A stretch of 64,000 nucleotides of DNA from Vicugna vicugna (GCA_013265495.1 MU058718.1:3858081-3922080); one strand, 5' to 3'. Shown: positions 27,941-40,192, counted from the first letter of the stretch. Numbers and translations are program-made. Notes: generated from the letters alone by a model not told the origin.

Positions 27941-28100
27941 TTGAAGTATCTTAGTTTCATTTTTTAATATTATCCTACAGTTTACTTTACGAGTAGGTAT
28001 TCATGCTTGTCAATAAATAATCATTTAATTAAAAAGAGAAAGTTGACCTAACTTTGTTACTGAAATTTTTTAAGTGTGTATGTTATGTTTATATTCACAG

Positions 28101-28179
28101 CCCCATGCAATCATTCGTCATACCATTAGATCTACAAACAGGAATGCCAGAGCTGAACGGACAGCTTCAGAAATAAATT
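28101..28179 (+). CDS. MAP4K5: MAP4K5 exon (79 nt) PHAIIRHTIRSTNRNARAERTASEIN
   Basis: cacag|CCC ... AATT|gtatgt. Confidence 0.96.
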
Positions 28180-29289
28180 GTATGTGTTTGGTATACATTT
28201 TCAGTTGGTGGTTTTGGAGGGTTGAGCTGGGTGTTCTTGTGGGATTTTTTTGGAATAATAAAATCTCAGACTAACTGTGGCTACATACTTTAACAATACC
28301 AGGATTCCTCTAAAATAAAAGTTGCTTTTCTCACTTATAATGGAATTCCCTTAGTTTATAATTAAATAGTTTTTATTTTCTAATTATAAAGAAATTATAC
28401 AGAAAATTGCAAAAAAAAAGTAGAAAATTAGCATTGCCCATAATCATGGCACCCAACACCACCCACAGATAATATTTTGCTGAATTTCCTTTGTGATTTT
28501 TATCATGTATATTTTCACATGGCTTAATTTATACTATACATAAAATTTTGCTTAACATTGAAGTATTTTCCATATATTAGCCTAGCCTTTATAGCTGTTA
28601 CGTTCAATGGTTTTATCCTATTTTGTTGATGTATTATAGTCAAACAGTCCCTATTGTTGGACACTTGAGTTGGTTTTAGTTTTTTAAGTCAGATTAGCAC
28701 TAAGATGAATATTTTCTAAAATGCATATTTATAAGGGGAAATGGATTTTTATTTAGTAAATTAATCACTGACAAAAATTTTGTATCAACAATGTTTGTCA
28801 TTTTAGCCACATTAATTTAGAAGAACAGATTTGCAGAGAATTTTTAAGTATAAGTATATTGACTTAAATGCCTAATTATTTCAAAAGAGATTTTAAGTAG
28901 TTTACAGTAAAATAGCTATAAATAAAAATTATAAACCATAGTAAATTTATTAAATATTTAAGCTAATTAGAATTATTGCATATGAGCATTTTAAGTCTGA
29001 GTTTTCTTGAAACCAAGTATTTCTAGCTTTCTGGGTACAGCTTTGGAAGTCTAAGTCAATGGAGAGTTAGAACGTTCTTCCTATGTCAGTTGTTTCAGTC
29101 TGGCCTTTTTGTAGTTAAACCAGTAATTCAAGACTTTCTCTCTTTGTTAGTCTCAGGTTGGTGATATGTTCTTACGCTATCTTCTTATATAATCCCAAAT
29201 GAACTCTACGGGCTTCAAATACCAAACAGAAAAGTAGCAAATCTGGTATTCCATTATAAAGCTGCTTTCTTTCTTTTATGCATCTGTGT

Positions 29290-30475
29290 AGTATTCAATT
29301 AATGTAATCCAAATTTATCTTTCCTTATATAGCTTTTGGCTTGTGTGTCATATTTAGCGAGGCCTTCCTGATTTTAAGATTATAAAAGAACCTTACTGTT
29401 GTTTCTTCTTGCCTTTGTACAGTTTCATCTTTTAAATGTTCAAGTCTTTGGTATTAGGTATTTATTTGGTAGAAGGTGTGAAATATGGATTCACCTTCAG
29501 TTTAATTCTAAATGAGTTCCCATTTGCCTCAATGCTATCTATTAAAAATCTAATATTTTCATTAATAGATTTGATATACCATCTTTATTATGTACTAAAT
29601 TACCACATGTATTTTAGGGCTTTTTCTGGAAATTCTCTTCTGTTGTATGAATATATCTAGTCGTGTGTCAGTTGCACATGTCTGATTGTTATGTCTTTAC
29701 AATACCTGTTAAATGTGTTAGAACTAATCCTCTTCCTGCTCTCCGTTACCCCTCCACACACGTGTGTGCATGTGTGCACACACATTTTTGCTGTTTTTTT
29801 TAATCATATTTGGCTATTGTATTTTCCCCACATAAACTTAAAAATCAACTTATCTAGTTGATCTCATAAATTTGTACATTAACTTTGTGAGGGTTGGCAT
29901 CTTTATGATATTCTGTGTTCTTAACCAAAATAGGCTTTTTTAGAGATAAGTTCAAGACTTACTTCTTTTATCAGTGTCCAGAGTACTAATATCTTCATGG
30001 AGTGAGCTCTGTGTGCTTCACGTACCAGACAAAAAATGGTAGAATTGAAGGTCATTTTATTGATCAGTTTATCTTTAAATTTTCCCAAGTCTTTTGTGTC
30101 CATCAGGAGTATTTTATAATTTTGTTTTTGTTTGTTTAATAGATTTTGTACACACCTACTTAGTTCTATTCTTAGTTTTTTTTCAGTTTTTTAAATTAAG
30201 GTATCTTACATATAGTAAAATGCTTAAGTATATTGCAAGATGATTTTTAAATATGTATACACTCATGAAACTATCACCCAGATCCAGATATAGAATACTA
30301 TCAGAATCTCCTGAAGGCTCCTTCATGCTCCTTCACAATCAGTACCCTTCCATCTTCTAATTCCACCTGCCCTCCCACTGCTGAGGCTAATCATTGTTCT
30401 GATCTCTGTCACCATAGATTGGTTTTTACGTGATCCTTGACCTCCAGATAAATAGGATCATCCAGTGTGCACCCT
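29290..30475 (-). mobile_element. Old antisense L1 fragments (L1ME-like; L1MC/MD-like 3' end at about 30190-30475)
   Basis: T-rich antisense L1 motifs; boundaries approximate. Confidence 0.65.
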
Positions 30476-30477
30476 TT

Positions 30478-32260
30478 TAGGTGAAACTGAAGTGAAAACT
30501 TAAAGCAAAGTGGGGATATATGAAAGGGTGAACATCAGCTCTATATTGTAAAAATAGACTGAGAGTCCTGTATCCTTGGGAACTTGGAAAGTCGTACTGA
30601 GAAACCTCTTTATTTGAAGCTCTGTGTCGAGGTTGGAAATTGAGGCTGCTTCTCTCCATCCATGACTTTGATCTTCCAAGCAAGAATAGAATGGTTCATT
30701 TTAATGCAAGTGACTTCATACTGTAATTTCTGATAGTCTATGATTTTAGAGAATAATGTGTCTCAGTAAGAAAGCAGTAGTAATTCAGAGAGGGGGGTCA
30801 TCATGTGATGCTTTACATATATAGCATATTCTTGGAGAAAAATTGTTTCTTCTTGACTTTGCATTTGGACTTGTGTCCGTCCTCCCAACCTGATGAATGG
30901 CAAGGCAGATTACTTTCTCAGTTTGATCCAGATACGGATGTATTACCTAAATTAACTTAAAAAAATTTTTTTTGTCATCTGAAAAGTCACTTAGTGGTTG
31001 AGTCCACTTACCTTGGAAACTAACTGATTACAAAGAATTGACACCAAAAAGAAATGAGAGATATCCACAAAGAAAGTAACTCACCAACATTTCGTTTAAG
31101 TATGTGATTTTAGCTGACTTACAGGTAAATTCTAGCCAGGTAATGGACGCATACCAAAGACTGACTAAGGCTACATAGAACAATGTTAAGAATAAGGACT
31201 CTACAGCTATCATAATTAGAGGTAATAAGGGTCTGTCAACAGACCAAACCTTCAAATGGCAGGGAGGGAAAAAAGGTAGCTAAAAAAATAAAGAACTATA
31301 ATATGCACATTAAAGTATGACAACCAGTGTCTCAGGTCATCTTGTTCCAAGGGTCTTGGGCAGATGATTGATTTCATGTTGTCATCAGCTTGATTCAACA
31401 GACTTGTGTAGAAACTGTCTTCTTTTTGCAGTCATTTGCTTCTAAAGATTCTTTGTCATCTCCAGTTTGAGATGTCCTACTGAGACAATCTTGGCATTGA
31501 TTTAGACTGGCCCATGTCGCTGTAATTGAGAGCCATAGATCATCACTCTGTTTTAACCATTGTGTTAGTTGTTAAGAGTACCTGGCGTTATTCTATTTAT
31601 TGAAGTTAGAAAGCAGTTTTCCAGAAGGCAGTCTCTGAGTTTTAAATCATTTAAAGGTTATTTCAGAAGAAACGCTTCTTGGACATGTTTGAGTATAAAA
31701 CTATGTACTATACAAGACTCAGCTATATTAGTCTTTAATAATGTAGAAACTGGAGTTGGAGCGGCAGTATTTCTAGATATTTAAGATACTCGGTTTTGTG
31801 TTCACTGGGAGAGAGTTAAAGGACTCCTGCGAGAATTGACCTTACTGTCATTCAGGCCAAACAAACAAACAGGAAAGCGCTTTAGGCTAAAGAGGTCTAA
31901 AAATTTCTTAAATTTACCCAGCTTACGTTTGAAAATTTCATTTGTCCTTTTTCTCTTACCTGAAGACTGAAGATGATAAAGACAATGGAGATTTTGAGGA
32001 AGATGTGTTTTCTTACAAATCTCCTTAGTAACACTTCTAGAGAAGTATTTCCTAGATAAGTAATTAGAGTTTTCCCAGGTGGGAAACACAAACTCAAGCA
32101 AGCTTTTTCAGCCATTGTTCAAGTTGAACCTTTAAAACAAACTTTGATCCATCCTAGAAATAGACCTGTGATAACCAAAACAAAAGCCTTTGTTGACAGG
32201 AACACTATTTATGAAAAATTATCTGAAGTACAACACACCATATGTTCCTCTACTTTGGGA
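30478..32260 (-). mobile_element. Class I ERV internal remnant: integrase plus probable env 5' part, no LTRs seen
   Basis: Minus-strand peptide LEFVFPTW...LHCLYHLQSSGKRKRTNEIFK resembles the integrase core YHPQSSGxVER; QVLLTTNTMVK (about 31552-31584) resembles the C-terminal GPY/F region. Confidence 0.8.
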
Positions 32261-32389
32261 TTTTTAAACTGCAGGTTGCAACCCAATCCATGACATCAAT
32301 TCAGATTTGTTTTTAAGGCACAAAATAGAAAATATCCAAGTTCATCATTTGGATCTGTAATAGGTACTGTACTATGAAACTTTTGTGGA

Positions 32390-33680
32390 TTTCTGTTTGT
32401 TTGTTTATTAGCAATTTGACTGTGATGTGCCTTGGTGCATTTTTCTTTTTGTTCTGTTTGGTGTTCATTGAGTTTCTTAGATCTATGAGTTGATATTTTT
32501 CATCAAATTTGGAAAAATTTAGGGCCACTCTTTCTTAAAATTTTCTGCCTCAGATTCCTCCAATTACATGTTAGACAACTTGATGTTGATTGACAGTTCT
32601 CTGAGGCTCTGTTTCCCCGCCCCTTTAAACACACATATGGTGTTTTTATTCTCTGTACTTCAGTTTAGTTTCTGTTGCCCTGATTTCACGTTCGTTGATC
32701 TTTTCTTCTGTAGTGTTCAGTCTGCTGTTTAAGCTCATCAATGAATTTTATTTCAGATACCATATTTTCTGGATCTAAACTTTCATTGATGTAGATACAT
32801 ACATACATACATACATACATAGATGTATAACATACATATATATATAGTTTTAATCTCTCTACTGAGAATTTCCATCTGTTTGCTTATTATGTCCATCTTT
32901 TCTCTTAAATTCTTGAATATATTTATAATAGATGTTTTAAATAGATGTCCTGGTGTGCTAATTTTAACATCTGTGTCATCTCTGAGTATATTTCTAATTT
33001 TTTTAAACTGGTTATGATTTTTATTTTTCAACTTCATCCCTAGTCCTTAGTCATTTTTTATTATATCCTGGATGTTATGATACCACATTGACTGTCTTGA
33101 TTTTCATGTCTTATTTTAAAGAATGTTTAAATCATAAATTAACCGGTAGGTTATCTTGATCCTTTCAGGGCCCATGTCAGGTTTTACTATAATCCTTGGC
33201 AAGGCCTTTCCTCTGGGTGGAAACTCATGTCTTTTCCTCTTACTCTGTGATCACCAGAACCTCCATTCAGCTCATGGCAGTGTGTTAGCTATATTCTGTC
33301 ATACTTTGAATAATCTTGCTTTGCTCATGGGCAATTTAGTATGCCACCAGAGATTTAAGGAAACACTTGGCATATTTCTAGAACTCCTTCTTAATGCATC
33401 TTTCTCATTTGTGGTACTCTTCCCTTCAAATTTCCACTGCCTAAGCAGCCCCAAACTCCAATCTTTGTTTCCTACACCCAGTGAAACTCTCTCTTTGGGT
33501 TTCACTTTCTTAGAAAGTGCCCCCATGCAGAAAGCCAGGGTGAATGGGGGTCTTACCACCATATATTTCCCTTTTCTCAAAGATTACAACCCTATGGTGT
33601 AATCCATTGCCTTAAAACAGTTGCTTTGTATAGGGTGTATGCACTCACATATTTGTGTTACGTGTTGTAGTTGTTTATAG
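32390..33680 (-). mobile_element. Old L1 ORF1/5' region, antisense
   Basis: Peptide MALNFSK...PRHITVKLL resembles L1 ORF1p. Confidence 0.75.
32796..32846 (+). repeat. (TACA)n / (TA)n microsatellite
   Basis: atacatacatacatacatacatacat ... tatatatata. Confidence 0.85.
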
Positions 33681-34926
33681 CAGCATTATACCTATAATAG
33701 GTAACATCTTTTGGAGATAAATGAGAATATATACTAGAGGACCTCCCCACCTTCATATTTTTATAGGCCAAAGATACACTCGATGGTACTGCCAGGATTT
33801 TTTTTTTTAAGCAAAACAAAACAACTTGGAGTCTAGTCTGCCACCCAGAACAGTGATATTGGAAACACTAGTGTTCTTTGCCATAAGTCATGGCTGCAGT
33901 AATTATAGGCTTGTCATAATTCAAATTTAATTTTTTAAGGAATGCTTTTCTTACATGTTAAAGTAAAATATCTTAAATGTTTATGCTGTTATAAAAGAAG
34001 TAGAATTCAAAATTTTTTTCAATCACTGATACTGGAGTGCAGTTGATATTTTACTATATCTTTAAATCAAATTTATAAACTCATTTTCTGTAGTAATTTT
34101 TTAAGTCTTGAAATTTGCTGAGTATATAATTTTTATTAAAAGTGATTATTTTCTTTCCTTTCCGTATTTATGCCTTTTATAATTCTTCTCTAGACCTGCT
34201 TGCCAATATTTCTAGTTGTGACAAAAAAAAATCTTCAGCTCATCTCTGTCTCAAATGAGTGAAGTGATTCTTTGCCAGTTCTAGTAATGGTTCTTAATTA
34301 ACAAGTTTTAAAATGATGTTAAGTCAGTCACTAATGAACAACTGCCTCTTATTTTACATTATTTTTGAAAAGCAGATATTATGTTTTATGGAGTATCTTT
34401 CATTGAAAACTTTATAACTTACTGTTTTTGTCTAATGTAATGATTTATGTAAGTACTCTGTTTTGCTTTACAAATCATGTTTTTAGGAATAAGGACAACT
34501 GGATCTTTTTTGAAAATACTTTTTTTAGTGTATTTTGTTTACCAGGATTGTATTTAGGAAACTTGTGCCTCTATGATGCAAGTGTGAGTACTTTCATTTT
34601 AATTTTTTGGTCTCTTAGTCACATTGTATTTTAGAACTTTAAAGTTCTATGTACTTTGAGTGGATAATAACCCATCCTTTTCTCTCATTTATAGGATATT
34701 CCTTATAAAAGAAGTTAATCTTTCAATATTAGGAATAATTCTAAAATTAGTCTGATTAGGCCAAATTAAATACACATTTAGCAAAACATAATATTAGATT
34801 CCTGAATGCCATCGTAATATTTAATTTGACAAATATCATTTGTTCCTTTTAGATAATTATAGGTAATTTTGGAGGTTTCATCCTGCCATAAAATATTAGT
34901 TTAAATTAGTGTCAAGATAGAGTCTG

Positions 34927-35048
34927 AAGGTATAGCTCAGTGGTAGAGCACATGCCTAGCAAGCACAAGACCCTAAGTTCAGGCCCCAGTATCTCCACTA
35001 AAAATAAGTAAATAAATAAAAGCCCAATTACCTCCCCCCCCAAAAAAC
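34927..35048 (+). mobile_element. tRNA-derived SINE, Vic-1-like (camelid)
   Basis: A box TAGCTCAGTGG, degenerate B box GTTCAGGCC, taaa tail then aattacctccccccccc; TSD agagtctg at 34919-34926 and 35049-35056. Confidence 0.85.
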
Positions 35049-35105
35049 AGAGTCTGTGGTCTAGATAAAAACATCCTTAAAGTGTTTGCTTAGTCATCTA
35101 CTTTT

Positions 35106-35314
35106 TTTTTTAACATTTTTTATTGATTCATAATCATTTTACAGTGTTGTGTCATATTCCAGTGTTCAGCACAATTTTTCAGTCATTCATGGACATATAC
35201 ACACTCATTGTCACATTTTTTTCTCTGTGATTTATCATAACATTTTGTGTATATTTCCCTGTGCTATACAGTGTAATCTTGTTTATCTGTTCTACAATTG
35301 GGGTTTCAAAATTG
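35106..35314 (-). mobile_element. Young 5'-truncated L1 3' end with perfect TSD
   Basis: Poly-T head, ttccctgtgctatacagt motif; TSD tagtcatctactttt at 35091-35105 and 35315-35329. Confidence 0.9.
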
Positions 35315-35612
35315 TAGTCATCTACTTTTAATTAATTTTCTTAAAATCTCTAATACACAAAAAGTGCTATTTAATTTCCTGACTCAACCAAGACTTAAGA
35401 AGAGTAGTTAGGAAGGTACCAAATCGTTACTTTCTTTTGGTAGGCATAAAGAAAGGGGTACTCTTGTAGTTTAAAAAAAAAAAACAACAGTTTTTGTCTT
35501 TTCTTCTTTCTTCTCTTCTCTCTCCCTGGCTCCCCAATACACATGCTTCTCATTACATTTCCCAGATTAGTCCTTTAAGATAGAATTTGTGAATATCTGT
35601 TCTATTTTACAG

Positions 35613-35671
35613 TTGACAAATTACAATTTGAACCTCCTCTGAGAAAAGAAACAGAAGCACGGGATGAAATG
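35613..35671 (+). CDS. MAP4K5: MAP4K5 exon (59 nt) FDKLQFEPPLRKETEARDEM
   Basis: tacag|TT ... ATG|gtagga. Confidence 0.96.
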
Positions 35672-36664
35672 GTAGGAATTAAGAGTTTTAAAGTATTTTA
35701 CACATTAAAATTTGAGAAAATTTAAGTTACGTATACTTTGACTAAAGAACAAAATAATATACTCTTCAAAGCATTAATTTTGATAATGTATTTCACACAT
35801 TAGAGTTTGAAAAATCTTTTATTTTGACCAGGGCACAATGTGTAATATGCCATTTTAATCATACATTTTGATCCTTCTGAGTCTTTTGAAGAATTCATAT
35901 AAAGTTATTAAATATATAGAATTTGAGGCTCAACTTTAAGCTTTCAAGATCTTTTGTCTTATTGATTCTGTTAAGCCTGTAGAACATTTTTGTGTTACCT
36001 TACTATTTTTAATATTTATTTGTTAACATAGCTTGTTTTTTTTTTTTACCATTACTCTTACTTTGGGATTACTGTTTGGTTAACCTTTATATTAAAGGTG
36101 AGAACAATAACTAGAGCAAGATATTATTAGAGTCAGCCTAGATGTTATCCTAACATCCACTTTATTTTTAACTTTAGTAAAAGTATCATTTTTAGAGTAA
36201 TTGTCTTCTGTTAATGGATCTCTTCATCCTTAACATTTGGAAGTGGTGATCTTCTTACTGTGTATATTACTGTACAATAAATTCTCAATTTCCATGTTAT
36301 TTGGAAAAAATAGGGGCACCAATAAATTAATGATAATTTAATAATACGGTGTATAGTTCTCCATGCTAGTGGAGTAGTGATGCACGTTATTCAAAGTTAA
36401 GTTTTTCTCTTTTGCTTTGGAATATACTAGCATGTTGGTAAAGAGGGCTTGTCACATTTTAAGCTATGTTTAGTATGTTTACAGAATTTCTTGCACTGGT
36501 AATGAGTCATTGACCTAAATATATCAAATGACAGAAAATCTAGCTGTAGATTTAAAAATTGAAAGTCAAGATGATGCTAATCATGACAATGAATATTTTC
36601 TTGAATTAAATGATTAATCTCCATTATAAGGTAACATTTTAAACTCTTTTTTTTACCTTCGCAG

Positions 36665-36732
36665 GGAGTGTCATCAGATCCAAACTTTGTGCTCCGGTGG
36701 AATCCTTTTGTTGATGGTGCAAATACTGGCAA
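36665..36732 (+). CDS. MAP4K5: MAP4K5 exon (68 nt) GVSSDPNFVLRWNPFVDGANTGK
   Basis: gcag|GGA ... CAA|gtgagt. Confidence 0.94.
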
Positions 36733-37193
36733 GTGAGTTGTTTTTTTAACTTTATTTTACTTGATTATATAAGAACAGTATTTAGTAGGGGAGTGATTTA
36801 TTCTAATAAGCTTTAATTTTTCTTCTTATAAAAGCTTAGGTGCCTCTTGTCAGTGAAAATCTCCTGGCTTTTTTTTTAGCCATGATGCCAGAAGGCATCA
36901 TGTGTTGATCATTAAGGTTTTGGGGTTTGTTCTTTAAATCAGAATACAGTATGTGTAATGTTAATATACTGAAAGATGAGCTACATTATGTCGTGGGAAA
37001 AAATACTATAGTAGGAGTCGAAAACCCCAACTTCATCTCTGCAATATAGTTACTTCATATTCTAGACATGTCTTTCCTCAACAGTTAAGTGACAAGGCTG
37101 GCCCTGATGAGTTATTCCAAACCTATTACACTGCCTAGAGGGTTCTTTGAAAATACAGATTCCTGGACACCCCCCAACATTAAGCCTATAGAT

Positions 37194-37530
37194 CTGGGAT
37201 TAGCAAAGTATGGCTTATAAACTACATCTGGCCCAGTGTCTAATTTTTGTACATCCCACAAACAAGAATGATATTTGCATTATTTAAAGATTGAAAAAAT
37301 AATCAAAAGAAAAGTGTTATTTTGTTACACATGAAAATTATATGAAATTTAAATTTCAGTGTCCATCAGTGAAGGTTTGTTGAAACACAACCGTGTTCAT
37401 TAATTTATATACTCTCTGTGGCTGCTTTCACACTACAACAAAAAGTTAAGTAGTTGTGACCACCATATGATTCATAAAACTTACAGTATTTACTCTCTGA
37501 CCCTTTATAGAAAAAGTTTGCTAACCCCTG
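37194..37530. mobile_element. MER58B-like hAT MITE nested in a MER5-like element
   Basis: Ends ctgggattagcaaa / tttgctaacccctg; MER5-like flanks at about 37130-37190 and 37540-37620. Confidence 0.8.
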
Positions 37531-37631
37531 CTATTGAATATAAATCTTGGGGACTGGAATCTGAGAATCCTGAAAGCTTCCCAATTGATTGCAGTGACTG
37601 TGGTTAAATGTATGGAACCAGTGGGCTATAT

Positions 37632-37789
37632 CAGTGCTTCTCAAGTTTTAATATGCTTAGAGGACCACCTGAAGATACTGGTGAAATGCAGATTCTGATT
37701 TAGTAGCTCTAGGGGTACATTTATAAAAGTTTCCAGGTCATACCAATGTTGCTGATCTATGGCCCCCCACTGGAGTGAGTAGCAAAGGG
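37632..37789. mobile_element. MER5A-like
   Basis: cagtgcttctcaagttt ... aaatgcagattctgatttagtag. Confidence 0.7.
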
Positions 37790-38128
37790 TTTGGTGATAC
37801 AGCCATTTGAACCTGATTCATTGTGGGTTCCAACTATAAAATTCTGAATCTCTTTTTTATTATTTAGTTTAATTTAGTTTTTATTACATGTTAAGTGTAT
37901 AAGCTTACCATAAAGACGTCATAAAAACTCCGTTTTATAGTCATGCTAATACAATTTGACAAAATGAGATCTTAAGTCTTCCTGTAGATTTTAAAGTACT
38001 CTACTATGATCTAATTGTCTTTTATATCCCCCGAATATAAGCAAATTTTAATGCACATTTAATGCTGCCTCTGTGTTTTGTGTTACGGTCATTTATCACC
38101 ATCTAAATTGCATTTTTTTCTGTATTAG

Positions 38129-38171
38129 GTCAACTTCACAACGTGCAGTACCACCTCCCCTACCTCCTAAG
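38129..38171 (+). CDS. MAP4K5: MAP4K5 exon (43 nt) STSQRAVPPPLPPK
   Basis: ttag|G ... AAG|gtgagc; PxLPxK SH3-binding motif. Confidence 0.96.
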
Positions 38172-38807
38172 GTGAGCTACTTAAAAGATTTTCAACAATA
38201 AATCCTTGTTTAAATAATAAAATAGATTTTAAAAAGTTTTATTGAATTTGTTCAAAATTCCCTTAACTATATTTTAGATAAATACAGATTTCTTCAAGAG
38301 TGTATTATGAAGATGTAAAATATATATTTAAAGAAGATTTCATGAGAAATACAGTATTTTTATAGCTATTAGAAAAAGGCAAAAATACTCATTTGAGAAA
38401 ATACTTGACCGCGTGGAGAGCAGATAAAGAATTCATCATTTACAATCCTCATTTACTACTGCATTGGACATTTCACTAGAGTCATTTCATTAAGTCATTT
38501 TCCTTGCTTGTTTCTAGTTATCAAGTATTTTGTGGATTGTGTATATAATTTTATTGGTTATAAAAATTTTGTCAGTTCTGTGTTAAGGCTGATTGTAAGT
38601 TACATGGCATGTTCTTAGTCGTGTTGGGACAATAACTCAGCTCTTGCTTACCTTGCTTACTTGGTCCAGTGAATTGAACTATACAAAAGGGAAAAAAAAG
38701 GCATGTTCTCCTCCCCCTAAATCTTTGATACATAATAATAACAAAGTGTTGGTTAATATTTTATATCCAAATTTATTAAAGTACTTTTGTGTCTTTCGAC
38801 TAACTAG

Positions 38808-38961
38808 CCAAGGATAAATAGTTACCCTGAAGACAACTTTCCAGATGAAGAAAAATCATCAACTGTAAAACGCTGTCCTGATTCAGAGAACAGAGCTCCC
38901 CAAGTTCTCAGAAGACAGAGTAGCCCAAGTTGTGGTCCTGTAGCCGAGACTTCCTCTATCG
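38808..38961 (+). CDS. MAP4K5: MAP4K5 exon (154 nt) PRINSYPEDNFPDEEKSSTVKRCPDSENRAPQVLRRQSSPSCGPVAETSSI
   Basis: ctag|CCA ... ATCG|gtacgg; possible alternative end at 39018. Confidence 0.95.
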
Positions 38962-39189
38962 GTACGGCTAGCAGTATCAGCAGTCCTGGAGTGCATACAG
39001 CTAGATACTGTGATCTGGGTAAATAAATCAAAGTGAAAACTGAAAAGAAAGACATTTTGTTTATATTTTAAAGAACGTCTTTTTCTTTAGTCAGTCTTAC
39101 TACTATCTAAAGCTTTGTGAAGTTTCTTTAAAATTCCACATGGATGGGCTATAAATAAATTCAATCCAATTCAACCCTAATTTGACCCC

Positions 39190-39680
39190 TTACTAAATAT
39201 TATAGGATCTAGAAAGACGAATGGATGTCCCTGCCCTCTAGAAGTTCAGGGTCTGTAGCAGCAGTTATACCCATGTACACAAAACATCAGACAAGGCAGT
39301 TTGTATAAGTATCTCCTGTAGTATAAGTAACTATATGTAACAGAGGACAAGAGATCTCTGAGGGAGATAAGGATAGGGAAAAGAGGAGGTGGGCCGTCAC
39401 AGAGTGTTAAAAGGCTTGGTGAGCCTTCAGTAAGTGGAACCAGTACTGACAGACCTTAGAGAACAAGAAAGAATGAGCAAATGTACTGAAGCAGGAAAAT
39501 CTAGATTGTATTTAGAAGTACAGTTTAGTATGGTTGAATTTTGAGCTTTTGAAAGGTATATACTGGGAGATAGGACTCAAAAAGGTACACTGAAGTTCAA
39601 TTATGGAAGGTCTTGAATATCAGTATTAGTAGATCAGATTTCATTTTTCTCCCAACATGGAAACACATTTGTTGTTTTCA
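39190..39680 (-). mobile_element. L2 fragment
   Basis: gtccctgccctctagaagttcagggtct is an antisense L2 3' motif. Confidence 0.6.
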
Positions 39681-39889
39681 TGGATTAAGACCGCTGCTAA
39701 AGATACAGTGGTACCTCTGCAGAATCTAGAGAAAGGCACCAAAGACACTTTAACTCATGTGACAGTAGGGAGAATTTCCCAAATAAGGATCACTCTAATG
39801 GAAAATGTATTGGGGGAAAGGGGAAATTATTTTCCAAGAAAGGTACTTACTTGTGTGGTCTTTCAACTTATAACTATGATTCTCTTTAG

Positions 39890-39987
39890 GAAATGGTGAT
39901 GGTATTTCAAAACTGATTAGTGAAAATACAGAAGGATCAGCGCAAGCACCACAGTTACCACGAAAAAAGGACAAGCGAGATTTCCCT
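39890..39987 (+). CDS. MAP4K5: MAP4K5 exon (98 nt) GNGDGISKLISENTEGSAQAPQLPRKKDKRDFP
   Basis: ttag|GA ... CCT|gtaggt. Confidence 0.95.
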
Positions 39988-40150
39988 GTAGGTATTAAGA
40001 GGCATTTGGTGATCAGTTGGAATTAATATTGTATTTATATATAAGGAGCATAGTCTATTTAATTCAAGAATTTGAATAACTGGATTTCTAAATGTATAAA
40101 GTTTAAGACTTTAAGAGGTCTTACAGTATTAAAAATTATTTTCCCCACAG

Positions 40151-40192
40151 AAACCAGTCATCAATGGCCTTCCGCCCACCCCAAAAGTACTG
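40151..40192 (+). CDS. MAP4K5: MAP4K5 exon (42 nt) KPVINGLPPTPKVL
   Basis: cacag|AAA ... CTG|gtaagg. Confidence 0.96.

Noticed and set aside
33156..33602. 148-aa ORF
   Set aside because: Lies on the opposite strand of a decayed L1 5' region, starts at a non-ATG codon and has no recognisable domain.
34929..34998. Possible tRNA gene
   Set aside because: B box is degenerate, there is no intact cloverleaf, and it has a SINE tail and TSD.
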